A DNA stretch of 64,000 nt, taken from assembly GCF_036321535.1 (NCBI RefSeq), contig NC_087436.1, forward strand, positions 110,176,001-110,240,000, written 5' to 3'. This document shows positions 24,793 to 37,938 of this stretch, in pieces (position 1 is the stretch's first letter; the number at the start of each line of letters is the position of its first letter). Source of the stretch: Camelus dromedarius (Eukaryota). The notes beneath the pieces were generated by a model, which did no database searches, was not told where the DNA came from, and saw nothing but the letters and a program-made list of their open reading frames with translations. The translations under genes and the position numbers were made by a program.

Positions 24793-25164
24793 GTTAGTGG
24801 CTGTATTCTGTGAATTGATTAAATGTGTGGTGAGATACTTGTTTGAAGAATTATAATATTTATTCCCTGAGATTTACTCAAATAATCTCGTCTGAGCTAA
24901 TAAGGCTAAAGAAAAGAAACTTTCTATGTATAGTTAAGGAGAAATACTTGAGTCCCTTCAATCCACCATATCTATAGTCATGATTCCAGAGGATACTGGT
25001 CTGCCAGTTGTGAGGGGCCAGATTTCACCATTATCCTCCCTTCCTGAGAATGTATATTGAGGGAGCCACTATCCATCTGGATATTACCTTGATATGATTT
25101 ATTAAAAGTCATCTTCATTGCCTTCTTCATTTAATTCCAGAGGTTGAAGAGAGATTACTGAGTA

Positions 25165-25570
25165 ATTCTATTCCATCCAAGTCAATCCTATTGCAAACAC
25201 AATACAGGTTCAGCAAAATTATATTTACACCAATTATAGTTCTGGCACCGAACTAAATTTTGGATAGAAAGTGGTAATCACGACATGATATGGACCTTAA
25301 GAAACTCAGATTCTAGTAGGAGATTAAACACATGAGGACAAATAATTAGCATAGAGTGCAATAAATGCTAAAAGAGATGACAGTACAATCCTGAAGCAAC
25401 ACAAATGAGAACTTGAACATCCCCATTATAGATAGAGACAATGTTTTAGGAGATACTCAGATGCCAAGCCTCTAATGTAAATGGGTATTTATTACATGAA
25501 CAGTTGGGAGGATGTTTTTCTAAGCATAATGATTAGCATATGGAAAAATAAAAGACCTTTAACCAAAATA
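25165..25570 (-). mobile_element. L2 fragment
   Basis: 'ccttaagaaactcagattctagtaggagattaaacac', 'ataaatgctaaaagagat'. Confidence 0.55.
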
Positions 25571-25656
25571 GTTCATGGAGCAAAAAAAAAAAAAAAAGAA
25601 AAAAAAGAATATTTTTATAAAGAAGCACACTGAGTAGTAGAAAACTAGCCTAGTAA

Positions 25657-26421
25657 TGTAACCAAGCAGGACCCCATTGTTACTGGTGACCATATGGTAT
25701 TTGTAACTGCTTAACTTTATAATAGTTTAAAGGGTTTTTTCCTTGTACTTTTGCTGACCAGGATTAGGCTGAGAGGAGAAGGTGGAACTTGGGTGATCTT
25801 TCCATCCCCCTCTTTTTACTCCTGACACCTCAGAAATGGCAGTTGGGTATTTTGTTCATCTTTTTCTTCCTAACTTGCCAGACTGCATGTCTGTTTTTTT
25901 TTTTTTTCACCCTTTGTGGTTTATTTATATTCTGTTGTACAAGGTGTAGGTCCCAGCCTGAAGCAAGAGGTCTCAAGTCTTACCCTGCCTAAAATGCATT
26001 TGTCAACCTGACTTTAAACAGCACACATTTTTCTCTAGAGCAACTCTCCACAGACCCTCTCCATAAGCCCCCTTTGTTTCAAGCACAGAAAAATTAGAAG
26101 TGTCTCAAACCTGGAGGTGCACTTCATATCCAACAGAGGGAAGGGCACCAGCTTCATCTGCAAAAGCAAGAACAACTTTGCCATGATTTGTTACCCTGTA
26201 TGTGATCTCTATGGACATTGGCTCTGCCCTTGAACTCCTAAACTTTTACTATAAAACCCCCTGCCTTCTCTTTTTAGCAGGCTCACAGTCTTGAAGCCAT
26301 TAGCCCACTGTGATCTCCTTTGCCTGGCAAAGAAATAAAGCTACCTTTTCTACTTCATCCAGAACTCTGTCCTCAAGTCTCAATTCAGTAAGCGGGGTAC
26401 AGAGGCCAAGTTTCAGCAACA
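25657..26421 (+). mobile_element. ERV1-type solo LTR (lineage-specific)
   Basis: TGTAACC...GCAACA ends, TATAAAA at about 26250, AATAAA at about 26334, U5-like 'cagaggccaagtttcagcaaca'; TSD imperfect (GTAA/GTGG). Confidence 0.75.
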
Positions 26422-26509
26422 GTGGAAGAATTAGATTTAGTTCATTTAGGATCTAATGCATACAAAATGATAATTTCATCCAATTGCTTAAAACCTGCAA
26501 ATGGGCCTC

Positions 26510-26920
26510 CATGACTACAGGACACTATTCAGCAATTAAAAGAAATTAACGTGTATCACCTTGGATGAAGCTTAAAATAATTACACTGAGTGGAAGAAGC
26601 CAGACAAAAAATATTACATATTTTATGATTCCATTTTTATAAAATTCTGAAAAATACAAACTAATCTATAATGAGTGAAAGCCAATCAGTGGTCACCTGG
26701 GGATCGAAGTAGGGTAGCAGGGACCATAGGAGAGAGAAATTACAAGGAGGTGCAAGGAAGCTTTTGAAGGTGATAGATACTTTCACTCTCTTGTGAGGAT
26801 GGTTTCATGGATGTGTTTATAAGTCAGAAGTTATGACATTATGCATGTTAAACACGTGTCATTTAATGTATGCCAATTACACCTTAATTAAGTTGGCAAA
26901 AAAATCAAACAGGAAAAAAA
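26510..26920 (+). mobile_element. Old L1MB/MC/MD-type 3' end
   Basis: 'cactattcagcaattaaaagaaat', 'tatgattccatttttataaaattctgaaaaatacaaactaatctata', 'gtatgccaattacaccttaat'. Confidence 0.85.
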
Positions 26921-27329
26921 AGAAAGCATTACACATTGCATTTGACTGCCTAAAAGCTCTGTGAGAAAATACATAGAACCCAAAATAGTTTTCCTTTGGA
27001 GTGGTGTAAGAACTAGGTGAACAGGGCTTAGAAAGAAAGGGGCTATTTCTTTATATAGCTCTCAATTAAATTAATCAGATACTTATAAGCACTTTCTCTG
27101 TGCCAGTTACTCTTATTGACACTAAAGAAGCATTAACAAACAATACAGAAAAATCGCTGTCGTTGAGAAGAATATGATGTGATCATACTTGCCACATAAT
27201 TTTGAGACAGTCAATAGAAAAAAATACTGTTCAAACTTTATTTGTAAAACGCCTATTTCTAAAATCACTATCATTGCATTTACGTATGCATATGGAATGC
27301 ATGTAATAAATATGTGTGTGTGTGTATAC

Positions 27330-27665
27330 ACTGTCCATTTATTCCTCCTTCCTAGAATGCCTTTCCTGGCCTCTTACTTATTCATCTTTTAAACTTTCAT
27401 TTACTCACAAGGCAGATACAAAGTGCTTATTCCATCGTGAAGTTTTTTCCTAAGCTCAGTTGTACACTGAGCACCCTTTCTTGTGTGTCTTTACAAAGCC
27501 TCAATCATACTTCTATCATATAACCTGTCAAATTTCCTTCCACTTTTTTATTGGCATTGATGTCTCCTCCACTATAGTGTCATCTTTGTGAAACCGTCGC
27601 CTGTGTATTCTGAGCAAACATCAAAGGATCCAACATATAAGTACCTACTTATTGAAAGACTTAAT
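27330..27665 (+). mobile_element. L2 3' fragment
   Basis: 'attcctccttcctagaatgcctttcct', 'cttattcatcttttaaa'. Confidence 0.55.
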
Positions 27666-27923
27666 GCAATGCTTCCCACTCTTGGCTTGGTACAGACATT
27701 CTAAGGCATGGATGGAAAAAGGTACAGTCTAGCAGTGTTGGTCAGCAGCTTTCTATTCACAAGGAATCTAACGTCATTTCTGTATTCTAGACAAAAGGTC
27801 ATGTTTGTTTAGTAATGTCTGCCATGGGTTTAGTAGGGGGAAAGTGAGGATATATGTACCACATACTTGGGAATGTAAATGTGAAAATAAAATAATGCAA
27901 ACATTATATAAAACAGTACTCTA

Positions 27924-28186
27924 TTTTTTTCTTAATTGAGTACAGTCAATTACAATGTGTTAATCTCTGGTGTACAGCACAATGTCCCAGTCATGTATAT
28001 ACATACATATATTCATTTTCATATTCTTTTCCTTTAATGGTTATTATAAGATATTGAACATAGTTCCCTGTGCTATACAAAAGAAACTGTTTTAAATCTA
28101 TTTTTATATATAGTGGCTAGCATCTGTAAATCTCAAACTCCCAAATTTATCCCTTCCTACTCCCTCTCCCCCGTAACCGTAAGATT
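27924..28186 (-). mobile_element. 5'-truncated L1 3' UTR (cetartiodactyl type)
   Basis: T-rich tail at left, 'atattgaacatagttccctgtgctataca'; TSD TAAAACAGTACTCTA (27909-27923) / TAAAACAGCACTTTA (28187-28201). Confidence 0.92.
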
Positions 28187-29004
28187 TAAAACAGCACTTT
28201 AAATCGGTTTTCTTACCCTAAATGGACTGCCATCACTTCTTTCTAGAATGCATGGTCTTTTTTCTATTTGCTATGTTGGCTGTTAAAATTGAGATGCCCT
28301 TCATCTTCTCATATGCCCTTATTTAGACAAGATAAGAAATCAGTGACAGATATATGGCTCTATAAAAATGAACATTAAGTTGGGAGTGGTTGAGAAATAG
28401 GAAGAGAGAAGAGGGAGAGGAGGAATAGGAGATGACTTAGGGGAGATGGACAGAGAAACATGAAGTGTGAGAATTCTCCCTGACAGGGAAGGTCAAGGGA
28501 TGTACAGGCTCTGAACATCAACTACTGTGGCAAACCTGCCCTGTGTGACTGCTGTTTCATGAACTCAAGAAATTTCAACTAAAATCTGAGTCAAGTAAGA
28601 GAAGAGAATGGCCACAAGATACAATGGCGCCCACAGGTTAGAGAGCTTAGTGTAAGCATGGGGAACATAGAGCTGGAAGTGACCATGAAAATGTAAAAAT
28701 CACACAAATCTTGGAGACACAAGGGATTTCTTTTGAAACATGATAGGAGAGCCAAGAAGATTTTATAAAAATATGAAAGCGCAGGGCGATGTGAGTTACA
28801 AGGAGCGTATTATGATTACATGCTTCTTCACAGATTACAATGGATCTTTGATCATTATTTTATTGGATTCTTATGACTCTTCTGAAAGACAAGCAGGTCA
28901 GGAACTATTACCCATTTTGAAGGAATTGAGGCTCCTAGAAGTTAAAAAAAAAAAATCACCCTTGGAACCAGTAAGTCTAGGAGGGAGAATGTGCCAAGGG
29001 CCCA

Positions 29005-29160
29005 CTCCTTTTCCATTTTCCCTCCCCTCTCTCCTTCTTTTCCTCTTCCCTTTTTTCCTTTTTTTTATTTCCTTCCTCCCTTTTTCCCTTCTTTCTTTCC
29101 TTCTTCCTTCCTTCTTTTTTTATTCCTTTCTTCCTTCCTTCCTCTTTACCCACCTCTCTT
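29005..29160. repeat. CT-rich polypyrimidine low-complexity tract
   Basis: Directly visible (TTCC/TTTC units). Confidence 0.9.
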
Positions 29161-29525
29161 ACCAGACTGAGCATATGTGAATCTTCATTTAATAGTTCAA
29201 AGCTTATATATACATTGGAGGTCATGGTTGTGAACATCAGTGATAAACATACACAACTATACATGAAGCTATAGGAAATAAAGACGATAAAGCCATATTT
29301 TTATGGCAAGGATGCCCTGATATATGATCTACTTTTTGAAATGAATATGTAATAAAAACACATATTTTGTCATTGATTCTTTTTTGTCCCGGGAATTAAG
29401 CACAATAAAAGGCTCTGATTATGTGGGTCTGGCTTACTTAGCCTTGATCACTAAACTTATTTACTAAAATGTAGCTTCTGGGGGTTTTGCATGTATGTAT
29501 CAGTACACTATATATGTACACATAC

Positions 29526-29587
29526 TGTATGTGTGCGCACATACACACACACGTGTGTGTGTGTGTGTGTGTGTGTACATACATATA
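29526..29587. repeat. Alternating purine-pyrimidine (CA)n/(TG)n tract
   Basis: Directly visible. Confidence 0.92.
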
Positions 29588-30772
29588 AATTTAAATAATA
29601 ATTTTTAAAGCCAAGGAGTTTCCTCCTTATTTCTGTGATCGTTTGACTAGATTAGTAAATTGTATTTATAAAAGCCCCTCTGGCCAGAAACAATGTTACA
29701 CTCTGGATAAGAAACTTCTTTCTTCTTTGACGAAGACAATTTTTTTCCTTTTTATGGGAACTAAACTATTCTCCAGTTCCCCTGGTGGGATATGAATTAA
29801 TATAGTAGAATAGAGTTTACCCTCAACAGCTGCAACTTGCACCTGTGCAGTATATTCGTAAGCCTTTTTCACTGCAGTATGATAGAGAAAAAAGCACGGG
29901 AAAATGCTTTATGGACCTTCCAACTGAGATGCTTAATGCATTTTTGGGAACAGACATTCTCAGTGGGATTTAACAATGCCTATTAGGAATTAGGCTCAGG
30001 AAACCAAATATGAAAAGTATATAACTTCCCCAAACTGCACTGAGATTGGCAGTGCGATCCACACTGCTCATTTTCTGGTTTTTCTCCAGTATGTCATACC
30101 AAAATTCCCCAGATAATTTCATCTCCTGCCTTCTTTGATCCACAGCCTATAGAAGAGAGACATTTACAGCAGCACGCTGGCATTATGTGAGCATCGCTGG
30201 CCAAGACAGAACACACAGTCAGCTTTGCTGCATGCCTGCTCTGCATCATTAAGCATTAATCAAGTGGTCCTTAATTGTTTCTCATTCCTGGGCTCCTGGC
30301 TCTTTATGTTTGGTACTACTGTGCAGCTTCCCTTGGAAATCAAGCTCATTCTTCCAACTGTTGAGATGGCAGGCACAAGCTTCCCTATGGAGACAATGCC
30401 ATTAACCTGCTATGAGTTGGAAGGCAAAGGAAGGGGAAAAATGTTCCTAATCATGGGTATCTAAGAAAACATCTTTAGTGCTGCTTTTGGATGCCAATTA
30501 TTTCACCTCTGGATCCCAAATGCTTCCATCCACTCTCAGCTCCTTGGGACGATCTATGCCAACTGTCAAAAATACCTTAGTATCATCCATTGCTATTCGG
30601 AGAAATGTTCAGCAGTGGATGTGCATAAACGTGTGTAACTTCTGAAGAATCCTCTCTACAGAAAGCTCTGTAAGTAATGTATATTAAGTGAAAATTCTTT
30701 GGAAAACACAGAAGATTATAAGGAAAACAGTTACCAGTTTACACCATGACATAGAGATAAGAGCTGTGTATA

Positions 30773-30774
<2 letters not shown>

Positions 30775-30815
<41 letters not shown>
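30775..30815. repeat. (TA)n microsatellite
   Basis: Directly visible, about 20 units. Confidence 0.97.
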
Positions 30816-30821
<6 letters not shown>

Positions 30822-33684
30822 AATGCTTTGTGTGTCTAAGCAAAGCAAATCCCTCCCATCAGAAAACAGAAATAATGAACAACTCATATGTGTGTGTTGG
30901 GGGCAAGAGGAAAGTTTTATTGCTGACTGCTAAAAAAGTAAAAGCAGATGTTAATAAAGACTGTCACCATGCTTGACAATTTAATAAGAAGAGATTATGA
31001 GAGTATTATTATCTTCACAGAGTATTTCATTTCACCCAGAATCTCCCCATGAAGCCCATGTGGCAAATCGAGCTGAGGATTCAGTGCCAACTTTTACACT
31101 GGACAAATAAAACCTAAAATCTCCAAACGCAGCAAACAGTTCCTGTTGACCAAGTAGTAAAATAAAATTCAGGAAGGGGTAACGGTGAGTTTGTGAAATT
31201 CAACAGCCTCAGGAGCTATTAGACAGGAGACTTTTCATTTTTAATGAGGGCTGTAGGGGATTTAGGGTACACAAATGTATGTGGTTTTGATTTAGAATAT
31301 CAGTCACGTATTGCATACAAACATTTAAAGGAAGGCCAAGTTGCAATAAAGTTTCTGTGGAGTCAGGTTATGTCAAAATGCATTTTGAAGAATTCATTTG
31401 ATTAATATGAATCTATTGAAAGACAAAGGAAGTAAATACCAATTATTTTTTTGCTTATTTTGAATATTAGTGACATATAGTAAAACCATAAGCATCCAAA
31501 GAATCTATGAGCCTTTAGGTATCCATTCTGCCGTCATTTTAGGTCACTGAATTTATCTTTCCTTCAGCATCTCCTATAAAAGTGTCAGCCAGCTGTCTTT
31601 TTAAGTAGATGCATCTGCCTCTATTGACTTAGTTTGTTGCCCTTGTGGCTGCAAGGGTTAAATGCTGATGGCAATGCCCTGCAAGAATGCGTTGGTGGCT
31701 GAGACCTCTGCATGCTTGTCGCTTCTCTTTGGTTCATTTTGCACAGCTGAGTGGGTCTGTCCTTTGAGTGACTGCAGGGACAGAGCCTGGGAGACAGTCA
31801 GAACTCAGAGTGACAACTGAGCTCAAAACAGACCCCTCATCACAGACAGATGTGCTTCAGAGGACAAGCGCCTGCTGCTGGCATTTCCACCACATCCGTG
31901 GGCTTAAAAGTGCATATTTACTTAAAGCCATAGGATTTTCAGATCTGCATAGGAGCTTAGAGTCCTTCCTACTTTATACTTGAAGAAAATGGCACCTACA
32001 GAAGCGACAGGACACTTTTGCCTGGTAAATGTCATGACTCGGACTTGAATTTGTGTCTACCGGCTCTCAGGATGCCTAAAAATCAGTCTCTTTCCATAGT
32101 CTCTAATGTTACATTTTTCACAACCCGGGACCAGGACAGCTGGAAACAGGCACATCGTCGGTGTGAAGAGGGTTTCTCTCTTTTTAGAACACCGCCCTCC
32201 TCTCACACCACCAAGCTGCCTGGATAACATGAACAGCTGATGTATAAGGAGAACTTCAAAAGAAAATGTGGCTTACTAAACATAATTTCATTATCCTTTC
32301 TGGAAAGTTATCTAAAATCTTGGTCCTACCTTTGTTTAATCTCTCAGGATGATTTTAATATAAGATCTTTTGTTCTATCTATAAAAGAAGTACTCAATCA
32401 ATGTATTTAATTTGACTCAATTGTCTCCTTAAATTATTTGGGAATGTGTGCACCAAAGGAGAGTGAGCTGTCAATTAAGCAAATGAATCTCCCTACACTA
32501 GCAGGAATTAAATCTACTCATAGTATGGAATAATCCTTCCCATCAAGGTTATGAACACATAGGCAAGTACTTCCAGCTGTACTGTCTTACCTGCCCACCA
32601 ATTTACCCCTTCCTGGCCTAGGCAGTATAAAAAGAAACGTGTTAAGAGGGTGTTAACAATAGGGCTAGAAGGAGGGTTCAATCCATTCCAGATGTGGTAG
32701 TTGACACCTTGTCTTAACTTTGTTCTCAGTCTAGCACCTCATATATCATTGACAATGGGCCAACCAGGAAATGTAGCCAAAGACTGAGGCATCATGATTA
32801 GGTGCTAATAATTAGGGCTGGAATTCCTTTGACTGAAACAAACATTTTGGTAGTCTGTTTCTCAACATGTCATAATAGATTTTTCCTATCTGACTTCACA
32901 ATTACACTTTTTAACCCAGTTCTGCAATCACATTCTTTTTCTTCTTTTGTTTATTCTATTTGGAAAACATGAGTGTATTATTTTTTGCTTCTTTCTATCC
33001 TATTTGGAAGCCATAGTGTATGACATTCCGAGCTGCATTGCAGAACCTAATTCCTCAGTAGGTATGGGTTTAATGCTACTTTTTTGCAGAGCAAGAGAGT
33101 GAAAAAGGCAAATAAGTTTTCAGTTTTATTTTGAAGTATTTTGATACCAAAGACTTCTTGAAAGAGATTCAGAAACCATTCTGGACCATGCTTTGAAAAC
33201 CATTGAATTAAAAGATATTCTCCTGAAATTAACTATATTTACAGTAAGAATTTGGAGTTTGGATCCATATGGAAGAGGTGAAGCAGGGTTAGAAGCTGAT
33301 ATCTGAATATGGATAAATTGCTGAAAAGGGTGGAAGACATTTCTTACACCAGGAAAAGAACAAGAAAACGAACGGAGGAAAGAAAATAATTAGTATGGAA
33401 TATGTTATTCCAGAAGACCCACGCCTCTTCAAGTGTGGTAATGACCTGCTTCAGTGAAGGAACAGTCTAAGATGTACATCCCAGGTATACACACTCCCAG
33501 ATAAGACAATGTTCTCCAAAATCCATGCCAAGATTATTGTTTTCCAAAACTCATCTCCAACAGATTGTAGAGAAATAAGTATGCACCAGACTGTTCAATA
33601 AATCAAGATCCCTCTCAAAACAGAAATGAATGAAGCACTTACCTTACTTAGGAGCCCTAAACTGGAGTGGAGTTGTAATACTAA

Positions 33685-34108
33685 ATTAGATATTCATGTT
33701 AGACCTGATTGAGAAGCTCAGATTTAAACAAAGACTTGTAACACATGAAGGATGTAACCATGTGGATATCTGAGTAAAGAACATTTTAGGCAATGGGGAC
33801 AACCAGTGCAAATGCCCTAGGTCAGGAATATGCCTGGAGTGTTTGAGGAAACCAGTGTGGCTAAAGCAGAGTAGCAATGGAAATGGTTGTAGAAACTAAG
33901 TTTAAAGGGGTAACAGAGAGCCAAATTGTGTAGGGTTTTGTAGGTCACTGTAAGGGCTTTGGCTTTTACTCTGAATTATATGGGGAGCTATTATAGCGTT
34001 CTGAGCAGAGGACTAACATATTCTGACATACATTTATAAAGAATTACTCCTGCCGATTCAGCAATAATTAAGTGAAGGGTGACAAAGATGGAAACAAAAA
34101 CAAGAGCC
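33685..34108 (-). mobile_element. L2a fragment (continues about 34648-34950)
   Basis: 'cagtgcaaatgccctaggtcaggaatatgcctggagtgtttgaggaa', 'gtaggtcactgtaagggctttggcttttactctga'. Confidence 0.85.
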
Positions 34109-34647
34109 TATGGTCCAGAGTCCCCAAGATGATTTTCATCAATTCCTTTTCTCCCTGGGTTATGTACTTGCTGCTTCTCAGCATGAAAGTTGAAGGCTCA
34201 TTCATCCCTCTTCCCTTGAATCTAGGGTAGACTTAGTGACTTGCCTGAGTAACAAAATGATATGGGAGTAATAGAAAGACTTCATAAATCCCACAGCTTT
34301 GAACTAATTTTCTTGATGTTCATAACTGAGAAACTCCAGTTTAGAACTTAGTTCCAATGCTGTAAGAAACACAAGCTACATTGAAAGTCTATATGTAGAT
34401 GGTCCAGCTGACAGACACAATTGAGCTCTAGTCAATAGGCAGCATCAACTGCCAGCCAAGTGAGCAAACGGTCTTGGACATCCAGTCACATGTGTCATCA
34501 GACATTGAATGCATGAAAGACCTAAAGTGAGAATCACTCAACCCAGAGCACAATGGAGAAAAGTAATATATTGTTTTAAATCACACACACACAAAAAAGC
34601 TTTAGAGTAATTTGGACTAATCTATGCAGTTATAGATAAATAAAGCA
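34109..34647 (+). mobile_element. MLT1G/H-like MaLR solo LTR inserted in L2
   Basis: 'cccttgaatctagggtagacttagtgacttg', 'cagcatcaactgccagccaagtgag', 'tatgcagttatagataaataaagca'. Confidence 0.75.
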
Positions 34648-34995
34648 TAGGCTATTGCTTAATCCATAGGGAAGTAACAGAGGAGTGAGAATAGTTGGAG
34701 TTTCATTGGATCATCTGAGTGATTGATGTATAAGTGAACTTGAGAAAAGGCAAGAATTAAGGTTGACTATGCAAGGTTTTACTCAAATAATAGAAAGGTG
34801 GGTGAGAATTGCTACCAAATAAATGATTGGATGACTATAGGTGGAGCAAGCTTGGGGAAAGAACGGGCTTCTGAGCAAAGAGGTGAAAAAGGATTGATTT
34901 GGGAATTTATTTGGGACAGTAAGTAGGATAGGCAAATGGGAGACATTAAAAACAGGAAGATTACTGAATGATTAGGATTAGAATCCATTCATGAG

Positions 34996-35716
34996 GAAAA
35001 TAGTATGGAGATTCCTCAGAAAACTAAAAATAGGCTTACCATATGATCCAGCAATTCCACTCCTGGGTACATATCCAGAGGGAAGACTAATTCGAAAAGA
35101 TACATGCACCCCCGTGTCCATAGTAACACTATATACAATAACCAAGACCCAAAACATGGAAGCACCTAAATATCCATCAACAGATGACTGGATAAAGAAG
35201 TTATGGCATATTTATACAAAGGAATACTACTCAACCATAAAAAGAATAAAATTATGTCACTTGCAGCAACATGGATGGACCTGAAGGTTATTATTCTAAG
35301 TGAAGTAAGCCAGAAAAAGAAAAAAAAAAAAAAAACATGATATCACTTGTATGTGGAATCTAAAAAGAAAAAAAAAAAAAAGAAAAAAGAGGACACAAAT
35401 GAACTCATCAACAAAACAGAAACAGACTTGCAGACATAGTAAACAATCTTATGATTGCTGAGGGCAAAGGGGTGGGAAGGGATAAACTTGGGAGTTTGAG
35501 ATTTGCAAATGTTAAACATTATATATAAAAATAGATTTAAAAAAACAAATTTCTTCTAAATAGCCCAGGAAACTATATTCAGTATTTTATAATCTTTAAT
35601 GAAAAAAATATGAAAGTGAATATATGTATATATATATATATATATATGCATGACTGGAACATTATGCTGTACATCAGAAATTGACATATTATGACTGAGT
35701 ATACTTCAATAAAAAA
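34996..35716 (+). mobile_element. 5'-truncated L1 (ORF2 C-terminal remnant and 3' UTR)
   Basis: WRFLRKLKIGLPYDPAIPLLGTYPEG, frameshifted; AATAAA tail; TSD AGAATCCATTCATGAG (34980-34995) / AGAATCCATTCATAAG (35717-35732). Confidence 0.96.
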
Positions 35717-36271
35717 AGAATCCATTCATAAGAGAAATCTGGTCTTCTTAAGAGTAGTTTCAGAATGGATAACAAAAAAGAAAATGTATAAATCAAAGAA
35801 AATGTCAAAGAAGATAAATGGCAAAGTCAAATGTCAAAGAGTCATATTATTTGGAAAATATGGTCATAGTTTATGAAGTTAGGCATAAAGGGGATGTTAA
35901 GAGTTTTACAGTCAGAGACAGATAAATGGAGCTTTCCCCTAGAAATGAGGAATTTGTGGAAGTACATGAAAAATCATGAGTAAATTGTTCCAGTAATAAA
36001 TAGATAAAGGAGAAAGAAATATATATACATTTCCCTTCATGGGGAAGAGTAAGCATGGATTATGATTTCTGTGTTGTAAATATGTGCCAGTGTATTTTTT
36101 TCTCTGTATTTATCTTCTTTCTTTATGGATATGATGAAAGATAGTTTTGGTTTTGTTTATTTTCAGGAGGAAAGTCAATTTGTCATTCTTTTGTTCCAAA
36201 AGTGTTCAGGTTAAATGTTTCTGGTTTATTTGTAACCAAGAGGCACTTGAACTTTCAAGGAAAATTCATAT

Positions 36272-36333
36272 TTTAACAGATTTTCAGTGCAATTACAATA
36301 TATTTAACAGATTTTCAGTGCAAATACAATATA
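36272..36333. repeat. 31-bp tandem duplication (2 copies, 1 mismatch)
   Basis: TTTAACAGATTTTCAGTGCAA(T/A)TACAATATA x2. Confidence 0.95.
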
Positions 36334-37530
36334 TATATTAGTGATCCAAGTAGATTGATATGGGCTTTGGTTAAATATCAGAAAGTTAATATCATCTGTG
36401 CACAAAGCCTCAAGCCCGCCTTTGTGGTTCTAAATTAGGAAGAAAGCAAATATAAAAATTTTAAAAAGATTGTTTTTACGACAATGAATAGAGAAAAGGA
36501 GTCTTTGTCTTTGTTCTTACAATCTTGTCTCTTTGCTATTTTCCTTTGAAAAAAAGAAGGAATGTGGATTATATAAGAAGTGGAGGTACAGTCAACAAAA
36601 ACAAAACAACAGAAAGCACCCAGCTAAGAAATACCAGAGGCAGGGTTGTGAGAGAAACTGTTAGGTTACCTGTGATAATTATAGTTATACTATATTGTTT
36701 CTCCTGGAGAACATCAACCATTAGAACTACCTTTGCTGACATTTGATAAGAGAGTCCATATCTGCAGTCTACCCTACTGTACAAACATTTGCATTTAACT
36801 GCTGAACGAGGGCGTTTGCTGTACATTTCCTGAAATGCATTCTGAAAGAACAAAAACCTTTGTTTGATCATTGCCCATGTGTACTCTCAATTATTCTTCA
36901 AGCCGGTTTCCTTGGATGGATATTGATGGGGTTTACACTCGCAGAGAAATCCAGCTGACACTCAAACAAAGACAAGGAGGAGGCTTAGCTCCAAGCTAGT
37001 ATCATCCATAATGATTGACCTTGTACTGTGAATTTTTACTATTGAGCAATTGAACTTCAGACTCCAAGCAAGCGTAAGATTGTTACATGGGTATATGGAT
37101 AGAATTAAAAGGTTGCATATACCTGGGCAAGAAGGAAATTTGACTTTATACCATCATTATTTTGGTAGGCATATAAGTCTTCTGTAAAAGTTTATTTACC
37201 CAGAAAGAATGCAATTAGTTAATAGACTGTTTCAGTAGACACTGAGACAAATGCATCAAGGACTCATTTCGGTATATCAATATATGACAATGACTTCATG
37301 CATTTTGGAGCCACTCGCAGAAAAAAAAACATAGTTTATTTCAATGATAATAATGTTATGGCATCATCATGGATATAACATTTTTATGTGGGAGCTAAAT
37401 GCAGACTGATGTTTATTTTTACTTCATTTTCTTTTACAGAAAAAAAAAGCCATCTTTATTTAGTAGATTTCATAAGAAAGACACTTGTCTATGACATCTT
37501 TATTGATTTTACTCAATACCACTCAGCAAC

Positions 37531-37938
37531 TGTTATGGGATGATTATGACCACCACCACCCCCAACTCATTGTTGAACTCTAACTCCCAGTTCTTCAGAA
37601 TATGACTATATTTGGAGACAGAACCTTTAAAGGGGTGATTAGGTTAAAATGAGATCATCAGGATGTGCCTTAATCCAACATGACCGGTGCCACTATAAGA
37701 AGAGGAAATTTGGACTCACAGAAAGGCATCAGAGTGCACATATGCAGAAAAAAGACCTAGCACTTTTTGAGGACATAGTGATGAGGGTCATCTACAAACT
37801 AAGAGCCCAGGTCTCAGAAGAAACTAAACCTTCCAACACCTTGAAGTTGCTTCTCAAAATTTGAACAAAATAAAATATTATTGTTTAAGCCACCCAATCT
37901 GTGGCATCCCCTTAGGGCAATACTAACAAACTAATGCA
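37531..37938 (+). mobile_element. MLT1A/B-like MaLR solo LTR
   Basis: TGTTATGG...CTAATGCA, 'tgactatatttggagacagaacctttaaagggg', 'ttgtttaagccacccaatctgtgg'; TSD GCAAC/GTAAC. Confidence 0.92.

Noticed and set aside
28740..29264. 146-aa and 95-aa ORFs with F/L/S-rich or K/E/R-rich tails
   Set aside because: Artefacts of the CT-rich low-complexity tract and a MIR fragment
24736..29457. Shared 14-mer CCTTGATCACTAAA near 24736 and 29443
   Set aside because: Several 14-mer matches are expected by chance within 64 kb
34991..35284. 97-aa ORF
   Set aside because: Frameshifted L1 ORF2 remnant; its ATG comes from the TSD
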